Shown piece after piece: positions 25,345-36,900 of a stretch of 64,000 nucleotides of DNA. The DNA lies in the NCBI RefSeq assembly GCF_018977255.1, contig NW_024704743.1, positions 6,388,001-6,452,000 on the forward strand, in the 5' to 3' direction. The notes beneath the pieces were generated by a model. It did no database searches. It was not told the DNA's origin and was given only the letters and a program-made list of their open reading frames with translations. Numbering within the stretch: position 1 is the stretch's first letter; every line of letters starts with the position of its first letter. A program made the position numbers and the translations under genes. Source of the stretch: Callorhinchus milii. Its lineage: Eukaryota.

Positions 25345-26790
25345 ACGATTACGTTAGAAGACACGTTAGAAGACACGGAAAACTTACCAAAAATAGAAGG
25401 GAACCAAGAAGCTAATGTTAGTGAGCAACTTCGGGAAATTAACATCAGTAAAGAATTACTACTAGGGAAACTGTTGGGATTCAAAATGATAAATCCCCTG
25501 GAACTGATGGTCTGCATCCTAGGGTTTTAAAAGAGGTGGCTGCTGAGATAGTGGATGCCTCGTTTTTGATCTTGTAAAATTCTCTGAATTCTGGAATGGT
25601 TCCCATTGATTGGAAGATCGCAAACGTAACACCACTATTTAAGAAGGGTGGGGGAGAGAAGATGGGAAACTATAGACCAGTTAGTCTGATATTGGTGGTA
25701 GGGAAAATTCTAGAATCCTTAATTAGGGACATCATAGTGGGGACTTAGAGGACCATAACATGATTAGACAGAGTCAACATGGCTTTACAAAAGGGAATTC
25801 ATGCTTAACAAATCTTTTAGTTTTTTGAGGATATAACGAGCAGGTTAGATAGGAGGGAACCGGTAGATGTAGTATATTTAGATTTTCAGAAGGCATTCGA
25901 CAAGATGCCACATTAAAGGCTGCTAAACAAGATTAGGGCACATGGAATTAAAGGCAATATATTAGCATGAATCGAAGAGTGGCTAACGGGAAGAAAACAG
26001 AGAGTAGGGATAAACAGGTCCTTTTCAGATTAGCAGGATGTGACTAGAGGACAAAGATCAGTGCTTACACCTCAATTATTTACAATCTATATCAATGATC
26101 TAGATGAGGACATAGAACTTAAAATATCTAAATTCGCGGATGATACTAAGCTAGGTGGGAGAGTAAGCTCTGAGGATGACACAAAAAGATTGCAAAGGGA
26201 TATAGATAGGCTAGGTGAGTGAGCAAGAAGGTGGCAGATGGAATATAATGTGGGGAAGTGTGAAGTTATTCACCTAGGTAGTAAACACAGACAAACAGAT
26301 TATTTTCTAGGAAGGGAGAGACTAGATAGTGTTAGTGTTCAGAGGGATTTGGGTGTCCTTGTACACCAGTCACAAAAAGTTGGTATGCAGGTACAGCAAG
26401 CAACTGGGAAGGCTAATGGCATGTTGGCGTTTATTGCAAAAGGATTAGAATACAAGAATAGGGATGTCTTGCTTCAACTGTATAGGGCCTTGGTGAGACT
26501 GCACCTAGAATATTGTGTGCAGTTTTGGTCTCCTTATTTAAGAAAGGACATACTCGCCTTAGAGGGGGTGCAGTGTAGATTCACTAGGTTAGTTCCTGGG
26601 ATGGGGGGACTGACCTATGAGGATAGGTTGAGTAAACTACGCCTATATTCTCTAGAATATAGAAGAATTAGGGTGATCTTATAGAAACATATAAGATTCT
26701 TATGGGGCTTGACAGAGTAGACAGTGTGAGACTATGTCCCTTTGTAGGAGAATCTAGATCTAGAGGTCACAGTCTTAAGATTAAGGGACA
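25345..26790 (+). mobile_element. CR1 LINE ORF2 (RT) fragment, decayed
   Basis: PLFKKG, NYRPVSL, QHGFTKG, YLDFQKAFDK, KFADDTKLGG, LEYCVQFWSP motifs with stops. Confidence 0.92.
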
Positions 26791-27944
26791 GTATTATTTT
26801 CTCGGGATACAATATATAGAAAATAATATCTCAGGATACAGCATATAATTTAGGACTCGACAAGTCAAGTGTGTCACGACACTTCATGACAAATAAAATT
26901 GGTCATTCACTTCATGGCTGTTTGTGGGACATTGCTGTTTGTACAAATTGGCTGCCGTGTTCACCCATAAAACACACAATCACTTCACTTCACTTTAAAC
27001 TATATCCTGTGAAGCATTTTGAGTCGTCCTCCTGACATGAATGGCACTATACCAAATATAAGTATCATTCATTATTATAATATTAATATTAACAGACCTG
27101 AAACCTGCCTATGGTTACCTCCAAGTCACCCTAACTCGGTAACTGACCCTCCACTAATAAATAACCCAAGAAGTTATTTTACGTGAAGGCCGTTTTATAA
27201 ATGCAAGTTATTGTTGTTGAAGTGATTCAATAACATTCATTCTGATTGTGTGCATGGCTAAGAGATACACACAGTCAATCCACTTTACAATAATTCTGTG
27301 AAGACGTCTGTCTCAACAACGTGATGAGGCACGATATCAAACGCCAGGATTATTATTAATCACTTGGTAACACCGATTGCCCCCTCGTGGCCGATTGAGG
27401 TGGTACACCTCTGGAAAGATTCTTTTGTTTGGAGTGCCTATTGACGTTGAGTGCACGTAAGATGATTGTTTAGCCATGCTGGCTTCATTCTACAAATTTT
27501 ATCTCAACTTTCTCCTGTAGTGAAGAATAAAACTAAACTCCCAGTACACTTTGGGATAAAAATAGGGAGAAGCTATTACACTGGTTAGAGAGTCAGTAAC
27601 TGGAAGACATCAACAACTCACACAGATGGCGTCTCGGGGTGTTTAACAGTGACCATGTTTGATGCTGAGCTAGGAAGAAGGTCTTCAGAAAAATTCTGAT
27701 GATGGGTAAAGAAGGGCCGACAGGCAAGAAGGAGACATCAATTTAGGATCATCACCAAAAAAACATAGGGAGAGGTTAAGAGAACAGCAACAAATTGCAT
27801 ATATATAGCACCTTTCACACTGGGAGGACGTTCCCTAGGTGCTGTACAGTTAACCATCCTTCCTGGTAATCTGTTCAGTCATTAAATACCCTATATTTAT
27901 TACCCACTGTTTACTGCTAGGAAATGAGGTAAACAGTGAGAAGG

Positions 27945-28400
27945 ATAGTAGCAGACTGAAAATAGACATAGCCAAATTGGTAAAATGGGCAGAAACGTGG
28001 CAGATGAAGTTTAATGTGGAGAAATGCGAAGTGATGCATTTTGAGAGGATGAATGAGGAGAGGCAATATAAGCTGATGGTAGAATCTTAACGAGGGTGAA
28101 GGCACAGAGAGACCCCAGGATTCATATAAGCAAATTTTTGAAGGTGGCAGGACAGGTAGATAAAGCTGTTAAAAAAGCATACAGATTACTCGGCTTTATA
28201 AAAAGGGGCATAGAATACAAAAGTCAGGAAGTTATGATAAACCTTTATAAAACACTGGTTAGGCCTCAGCGAGAGACTGTGTTCACTTCTGGGCACCACA
28301 CTTTTGGAAGGATGTCAAGGCATTGGAGAGGGTGCAAAGGAGATTTACCAGGATGGTGCCAGGAATGAGGGACTTCAGTTATCAGGAGAGGCGAGAGAAG
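27945..28400 (+). mobile_element. CR1 LINE RT fragment
   Basis: WAETWQMKFNVEKCEVMHF, GFIKRGIEYKS, LYKTLVRP. Confidence 0.85.
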
Positions 28401-28499
28401 CCTTGCAGCAATAAAGGATAACAATGAAGGTAAAATATTTTTACTATATATAATATTAAATGAAAATGTATCAGTATTTGCTTTCACTTTCATTTTGAA

Positions 28500-30480
28500 A
28501 GAAAATCTTGATTTGTATGATTGTATGACAAAAGCTAATCTCCCTCCTTTATGATCGAATTTTCAAAGCACATAAAACATCCACAGCAAACAAAAACAAA
28601 TAGACTGAACATTTCTAATGACAAATATATCATGAAGATCAATTTTTATTTTTTCCTTTCTGAGTGGATCTGGACCTCAAAGACGACTTGCTCTGACAAC
28701 CTGCTTCTCTAGAGCCATTGCATCATCCATGGAAAGGAAATAATTCATATTGGACTCTTTCCATGTGTGGTGTTTCACACCGCTTGAAAAAGCTCCTGCC
28801 TTCCAAGAGTTTCTAGGCAAATACACAAAACAGGGAGGGACTATTCCGACACCATCACATCTTCGTAATACATACTTGAAGGAGCTTATTGCTGAGCATG
28901 AAGCATTTTTGAAGAAATACGTTGAGGACACGGATGTGTACTTGTTCCTGGATGAGACCACTGATTCCAGTGGGTGCAATGTTCTGGCAGTGCTGGCACA
29001 GCCACTGCAGAAAGCTGGGGACAGACCTCTTCTTATTGGAGTAGAATTCTTCCAGCGAGTCAACCAAGCTCTTCTAAGAGTCTTAAATGTAAAAATGTAA
29101 AAATGTAACTTTGATAAAGTGCTTGCAGTTGTCACTACGTGATCAAAGCATTTAATACAATACTGTCGGGATTGTTTCCTAATCCAATACATATTGCATG
29201 CATTGCTTATCTTCCGAACTTGATTTGGGAAATTTGGCCTGTTATTCTGGAGGACTTAAACACAGTGGTCGCTATGGTCAAGAAAGTCTTCTGCAAAAGT
29301 CCATTGCGCCAACATCAGTACTTGGAATTTATGGAGACGAAGGATAGAATTAAATTTCAGATGCTAGTCTTTGCTGTTCAGATGTGTTGGTACTCCTGGG
29401 TGAAGACTGATGAATATTTCTATGAGTACTTGCCTGTCTTGGCAGAATATCTTCAAGGAATTGCATCAGAGGCCTTAGCAGTGAAAAAAATGAAAACGCT
29501 CTTGAACAATAATGCTGCAGAGTTGCAAGCCCGAGCAACCTTTGTCACAGAGTACTCATCTGAGCTCATAAAACTCACTGAGGAATGTCAGGCAACAGCT
29601 GTGCATCAGGGCCACAATCTGTACTTAACGTGTGCAAAATTTACATTTGTTTATTGATTTCTGTACCACTACGGGAGCACAGAGTGAGAGAGAGGCGTGT
29701 GCCAACCCTTTCCAGAGAATCGTGCAAGACAGCAGCGAAAAATTGGGACTAATTATGAAAAAGCCATCAATTGCTACCTATAAAGCAGTTCGAATTTTTG
29801 ATCCTCACCAGATAGCAACAACGGATGCAGAAAAAGACTTATACAGTAATGTGATTCCTGGCCTTCAACTATTTCAAACTTCGAATGGCATGCTTATAAA
29901 GCAGCTGGAGAAAATATCCCAGCTAACCACAAAATAGCAGCATGGTGAGGAGCTCAGCCTGAGCCACTTGTGAAGCTTGATAAAATTGCAAAAAGGTACA
30001 TTTGGCTACCAGTGAGCACAGTTGACGTTGAAAGACCATTTTCTGTTTATTCAGACCTTCTCAAGGATAATAGACAAAGCCTAACAGAAGAATATATAAA
30101 GAGTCTTCTCATGTTAAAATTTAACCAGCACTAAACTTTTGGCTGAGAATTTTTGTTTGTTTCTGTGAAAATTTAAGTTAGAAAATTTTAATTTCTCTGC
30201 AAACTGCACGTTTGCATCTTTTGAAAGGTGTTATGTTCTGTTTTTGTTAAAGAAAACATTAATACATTGTTCTTTTACAATGATATATGATGTGTTATTT
30301 CTAGTTTAGTTTTTAAAAATTAGAAGAGAAAAAATGTAGGTTAGCAGCAAATTGCATCTCTCAATAGCACCAGGCAACCCCCACAATGTTCCAGCAAACC
30401 TCAACAAATCTCTCTGCTAACCTCCGCAAGGCACTCCGCAATTTTTGGGCGAATATTTCCACACTTTTCTAACGGCCCAG
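28500..30480 (+). mobile_element. Decayed hAT DNA transposon with CGGBP1-like transposase pseudogene and 3' terminus
   Basis: Fragments KANLP..LEK..FLGKY, LRNTYL, FLDETTD, HIACIAY, and C-terminal WLPVSTVDVERPFSVYSDLLKDNRQSL (stop 30132-30134); many stops and frameshifts; terminus ..ttccacacttttctaacggcccag. Confidence 0.85.
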
Positions 30481-32199
30481 GTAATTGTATACTCTGTATA
30501 ATTGCATGCCTTCTGTCCGGTCCCAACTGTGTGCAATTATATAGAGTAAACAGTAGAAACTTTCACGTAGGATAACGTCTCAAAGGACATTGGAACTCCC
30601 TTCCTCACTCTCTTCGCCTCGCCCCCTCTCTTCCTATTTTCAGGTCTCTGCTGAAGATCTTTCTTTTCAACCACGCCTTTGGTCACCTTCCTCCCCCTCC
30701 CCCTGGCTCGGTCCCGGGATCCATTACTATGAAGCGCTCTGAGACGCCGTCCGGCGTGGAGGGCGCTATATAAATCCAAGTTGTTGTTGTTGTTGACATC
30801 ACAAGAAGAAATTATTCAAAACAATACCAGTTGTTAATACAAAATGTTTGCAGATGGTTTGCATAAATCAAAAATGTGAAACAAAATAATGGCTATTGAC
30901 TTTTTATTTAAAAATGTAAAAGAATTACTGGAATTCAGGTACAACAAGAGCCATAATGCAGTTTTATAACAATGCAGTCTTCTTACAGTCTCTTGTCATC
31001 CTCATCGCTATTCACACTTTCAAGTTAGGTATTGTCCAGAAACGTAGAAACCATATCCCCTAATTGGCAGTGATTTCTAAAAATCTATATTTGCAATTAA
31101 TTAGGACTTCCACTTTGAGAATATCAGATTATGAGATTTGCAGAATGGCTAAGCATTGCAGTCTGAAAAAAAGGCCAGTGACCAAATGCTTTTTTAATTT
31201 CAAACCAACTAGATCTGCTTTTACTGTTGGCTCATCGGCAGGACTTGGAGGGGCCAAACTGAGGGCACAAATTCTCCTGACTCAGCTCCTGTTATCCCTG
31301 CCAGCTAAACCACTAAGTGGTCCTCGCGAAATAAGAAGTGCCTTCACTGATGATATGTTAAACTGAGGACCCGCCTACCTGACCAGGTTAAAGATCCCAT
31401 GGCACTATTCAAAAAGAGAAGGGAACCTCTCCCAGTGTGCTGGCCAACAACCCCGCACAAAAAAATGGCTGACCAAAAGAATTAATTCTTATGTGCTAAA
31501 ACAATACAATTAATTGCAAATCAACGAGTAAAAATCCCATGGCAATGTTAGGGCACAAAAAAAACCTGCTGTCGGTGCTAAAAAGCTGCTGTCCAACATC
31601 CAGTGAGCATTGTTTGAGCTCCAGGACTTTGTTATAAGTGAGGCTAAGGTTCTAGATACACTAAATAATAATAATCCTTGCATTCGATATAGCACCTTAT
31701 GTCTTCGAGACTTATCAAAGCGCTTCACAGAATATACTGTAAATGAATTGATTATATATTTTGTGGGCAAAACACTGCAGCCAATTGCGCACAGCAGTGT
31801 CCAACAAACAGTCATGGACTGAAGTGACCAATTTATTATTATTATTTTTTTGAAGGCATCTCGCTTGCGAGTCGAGTGCCAGATGCCGACCAGGTAGCTG
31901 ATAAGGAAACTTGGAGCTTGGGGGACAGCTGCTGGAGGGCGATACCTGGAGCCTGAGTTTGTGAACACACATTTGCACTTTCAGTGCCTGGAATCCACTT
32001 TGATTGCCTTGCAGAGAGGCAAGCAGCTGCTGCCTGAACTCCGCACCTCCAACTGATGGCTATCCTTTGCGCAATTGGCTGCCGCGCTACACCCACAAAA
32101 TATACAGTCAATTCACTTTACAGTATATTCTATGAAGTGCTTTGAGACGTGATAAGGCGCTTTATCAAACACAAGGATTATGATTATGATTATTACATC

Positions 32200-33720
32200 C
32201 TCCTGGGGGGGGTGGCAGGGAGAGGATGTAAGCAGAGTAAGAGCGCGTGCATTGCAAGGTGACATGCTTGGCCGGGTATGGTGGTCCCGGCTGGACAAGC
32301 AGCTGGAAAGCTTGCCAGACGGCGACATTAATGGCAAGCTGTGCGGTTTCAGCTGGTTAATACTCCAGCCGGAGCTCAACGTGCGCTCTGGGGTCCCCAA
32401 GCCTTGGCTCTTGCCAACCTGCGCCTAATACGTCTCGGAATTGGGTAAGCGGGATGTACGTGTGCCTCCACGGAGCGGGCGCGCATTGCACTCCAACAAC
32501 AACGAGTGACGTTCGTTTAGTGCCTTCCACGTGGGAGGGACAGTCCGGCTCTGGGATTTCCACATGTCGGGTCAGATGCGCGGAATTCTCAGTTTGGTGA
32601 CCGCAGGCGCAGGCGCGGTCACCTTCCCCCCCCTCCCCCGGCTCGGTCCCAGGATCCTAAACTGTGAAGCGCTCTGAGACGCCGTCCGGCGTGGAGGGAG
32701 CGGCACAAGTCCAAGCTGTTGTTGTTGATGGGTTTCCACACGCGTCAGGACACCCGGAGAGCGACCCTACAGAGGCCGTCGTAAGCTCTTCCCTGTGCAC
32801 TTCCTGAGCCTGGGGGGGGAGGTGGGGGGGGGGGGGGAGTGGTCGTGAGTGGGTCGGGGGAAGGGGAGGGGGAGGTAAAGGTTTGAGAACCAGAGGGCCA
32901 ACTTCGACCCGAACCAGCGGCCAATGTCCATCAGCATTAGCAACGCGCCCCGCACTGCCATTGGGCCACTTGCCTGTCCATTATCCCGGCCCGCGCTCCC
33001 ATTGGACCATCCGCTTGTCCATCAACTCTCTTTCCCCTTTCAGCAGTACGCAGTTCCGGTCTGGTTGTCAAGGCGGGGTGGGCGGGGCAGGGGGAGGGCG
33101 GGGGCGCCCCGGCAGCGCTACACCCCGGATATGAAACCGCATGTGACACAACTCAAACACCCGCCCGAAGCCATTGACTCCTGCGCACAATGTGAGTCAC
33201 ACCAGCCCCAATCGTGTTGCCCGGCAACACCGCGACCGCGCAGCCCGGCCGCACAGCGCGAGATGAATAATTTGGGCAGCGGTCTCACCCAGAGGAGGAG
33301 CCTGTCACGTGATTGGTCAGCGCCTACGTCAACCACGCCGCCGCCGTCCTCCCGCCCCTCCGTTGGCGTCACGTTCCGCCGGTGCCCTTCTGCCGTAAAG
33401 TGAGACGCGCTCGCTGGACAGCCGTTTGTCAACCCGGGGCGCGAGCGCTGCTGTCGTGAGAGCGGCCGGCGGTTGATTGCGAAATCGGCAGTTGAGGGCG
33501 GGACGGACGGACAGACAGGAGCGGCAGCGGCAGCAGAGATGGACGAGGACGTGCTGACCACGCTCAAGATTTTAATCATCGGCGAGAGCGGAGTGGGCAA
33601 GTCGAGGTGAGCTGGCGCTCAAGTCTGTGGGTGGCTAATGGCCCCGGGGGTTGAGGGCCTCGGCGGCGGTTGGAGATGGTGCCCGGGGAGGGAGGAGGGG
33701 GAGTCGCGGTGACTGTGACT
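32200..33720 (+). promoter_or_regulatory. CpG-island promoter of RAB18
   Basis: Strong GC/CpG enrichment spanning exon 1; GC boxes (GGGCGGGG), CCAAT/ATTGG boxes, E-box GTCACGTG at 33304-33311, CRE-like half sites; no obvious TATA box. Confidence 0.85.
33539..33606 (+). CDS. RAB18: RAB18 coding exon 1 (MDEDVLTTLKILIIGESGVGKSS)
   Basis: ATG at 33539; P-loop GESGVGKS; donor AG|gtgagc; 68 nt coding; N-terminus matches vertebrate Rab18. Confidence 0.98.
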
Positions 33721-33933
33721 CTCGACTCTCTTCCCCCTCCTCGCTCCCTCCCTCACCCTGACCATTTCCCCTCCTCCTCCCTCCTCACCCTGACCATTTC
33801 CCCCTCCTCGCTCCCTCCCCTCCCCCTGACCATTTCCCCCCAATGCTCGGGTCATGACCCAACTGTGCATCGACTTGGGACGTCCTCCTGACGTGAAAGG
33901 CGCTTTATAAATGGAATCTTGTTGTTGTTGTTG
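33715..33933 (+). mobile_element. Young L2 3' end in RAB18 intron 1
   Basis: Near-identical to the reverse complement of 4932-5135, including cgggtcatgacccaactgtgca and the (TTG)n tail. Confidence 0.9.
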
Positions 33934-36900
33934 TGAGCGCCGCGGCTCCAGGCTCGGCCTATGCTTCCAAACCGGGCTGTCCAAAATGGAGCCAAGTGCT
34001 GACCGTCTCTCTTCCCCCTTTCAACCCACCCCGAACCGTACCCGCACCGCACCGCCCGCCCCCGCGCTGTCACGGTCGGCGCCAGCTTTACCTGTGACTT
34101 TTTAATATAATGATAATAGAATAATGATAATAATAACAACAACAATCCTTGCATTTGCGCCTTGTTATCACGTCTTGGATCGGGTGTAGATGGCAGCAAA
34201 TGTGTCTGTCTGTCACAGACGAGCCACACCAGGATCTGCCTGACACTAACCTGCTAACCTTGTTGGTTCTGCTCGGCCCTTCACACTTTCAAGGTTCACA
34301 CAACGAGTGCTTTACCAATTCTTAAGAGATATCCTTCTTGCAAAGGGCCGCACTTTCACAGTAAAAAATCACATGCAGTAACTTTCTGATGATGTGACAA
34401 GATGTGATATCAAGTGCAAGGAATATTATTGTAGGTTAGCAGGGTTTCTCCTTGACTTTGAACAGACATGGATGGCAAAGCCTGCAGTAATACATGATAT
34501 TGTTAATTATTAAGCAGTCTGTCTGGGATGTGAGTTTGAAGCGGTTGTGAAAACTGCAGTGAGACATAAAATGTGCTTTGCTACTAGTAAACTGGGTGTA
34601 ATATTAAGATGTTAATGCTTGTCTACAAAAGATGGTCAATACCATTTTGACAATAATTATATTTTGAGATGTTTCAAAGTGACAAGTTGTTTCTGATTAT
34701 TCCTTCCCAAGTTAAAAGCAATGGTGGAAACATTTGATTTGGGTTTTTGTAAATGCTGAACGGGCTTTACAATCTCTAGTATCTCTATACGAAGTGACTT
34801 TCAGCTCACTCCAGATTGCAGAATTGGAAAAAATGGTTTGCGAGGATTAAAGAATAAGTTAACAGGCATGCAGAGCTACTGGGGCTAGTTTTAGGTTCCA
34901 GCTTCTAAGGATGTTGATACTCTGTGTATAAAGTCTTATTTTTCAGCGGTGGTAGACAATGTTTCATTGCTCTGTTTGCTTACTGAATTAATCAGTAAAC
35001 ATACATACATTCGCACTTAATCTGAAAACTACATTGATAGTTATTAGATTTATTAAAGTATATTTTTCTCATTTACCCGGAATCAATATAGAGTCTGTTG
35101 TTTTTCAGATGCAATGTTACAATGTTTTTTTACTTCAGACTGCTTATTAGAAACAGCCTGCCAGCAGACATTTTGTGCAGAACACCCTCTCAATGTAGAT
35201 TTAAAAGGAACTAAGGGCTGAGGACAGATGGAATTTGTTGTTCATCATTTCACAGAGTTGGAAATTCATTTATTGTTGTCACTTGAAATTCAGGGAAGTA
35301 TTAATGGTTGACATCACTCCCAGAGTAGATAATGCCTATCTTTTTGAAGTACTACCACTCCCAGGAATATTTCCTTTGATTTATACATCTTTCTCATTTT
35401 TTCTAATGTTTTTCCTAGTTCAACCTCTTCCTCTTCATTGTTGCTTTGTTCTGATGGTTGGCCTTTCAGCCCTTTTCCCCCCACTCTCTGGTACTCCATC
35501 CTAGAGTCCCTCCGGCTTGACCTCCTTCAGGGTCTGTCTCAAGACTTTCCACTTTGACTGCACGTTTGGTCATCTTTTCGCCCGCACTTACCCGAATCCA
35601 ACTCCCAGCTCGTCTGCAAACCCTCGACTGTCCTGTGCCGTTGGATATCCTCCTGAACTGAAAGGCGCTATTTAAATGCCATCTGTTGTTCTTTATTCTC
35701 TCCATGTTCATCAATTTTCCCATCAACCTTCTGAACTTTGGGTATGCACATTATTTCTTGGTTGTTTTAGTTCTACCTTACTTGTGTCAGTTTTACGTTA
35801 ACAGAAGTAGAGCTTGCTTAAAGGCCTTAGATATTTTGAAATCACTATAAATCATAGAACCCGTTCACTCGTGCTAAGCAACATGACAATTCTGAAATTG
35901 GCTATGAAGCTTTCAGAAGTGCAAAGTTTAGAATGTTACATGATGATCTGGCCTCTTGGCTATAGCACGTCGTGCTGATATAATTATTATATACAGTCAA
36001 TTCACTTTACAGTGTGAAGCGCTTTGGGACGTCCTCCTGACGTGAAAAGCGCTATATCAAATGCAAGGATTATTATTATTATTATTAACAATAATGTTCA
36101 TGGTGTGGGTTTAAAAACGTGTTCCAACACAAATTGTCTGTAAAAACAAAAACAAAAAAAAATCTTACTACTGAATAAAACAGGGTAACAATAGGTAATT
36201 GAGAGCTGGTGGTTGTCTACGGAGATACAGTAGATTATACTTTATTTTCAGAATAAACATTCAACTAATTTTGGATCCTGAGTACCCTAGAAAAATAGCC
36301 AGTCCAAAAAATTCATTTGACGGAGAAGGGAATAGAAGAAAGAAGAAATGGGAGAAAGTAAGGAGTGGCTGGAGACTTATATGGAGTATAAACATCAGCC
36401 ACAGACTGGTTGGGCCAGATGGCCTGTTTCTGTGCTGTAAAAACGACAACAGGCAAAGTTAGACATTTAGAATAAACACAACATTGTTATTCAACTTTTG
36501 TACTTCAATAAGTGACATAAATATTCTGAACCATCAGCAAGGTGTGTTTTTATTTTGAAGAGTGAAAGGTTTGGGAGAAGGATTATTTTTATTGCACCAT
36601 TGTCTTGCAGGATGTTAATTTGCAGTTTAATCTGAAACTTCTGACATCAAATTAGCAGCATGGATTTTGGACATATTTTTTAAATAGTTTCTAAAGAGTG
36701 CAAATAACCGCCAGCCCAATAGCGTATATAACATGTGCTTGTGAAAACATGAATATCCATGGTATGTACCTAATGATTTGTCCTTTACTTACAAAATCAG
36801 GGCCTTTTGATGTTGTGTGCAATGTCATTGTTCATAATATGACTACTGGCCAACTTTTCTAGTGTAGGAACTTGATCTACATATATCCTCCTGCTTTGAG

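Noticed and set aside
32767..33600. ORFs of 70-160 aa in the CpG island
   Set aside because: Low-complexity, GC-driven ORFs with no recognisable domain.
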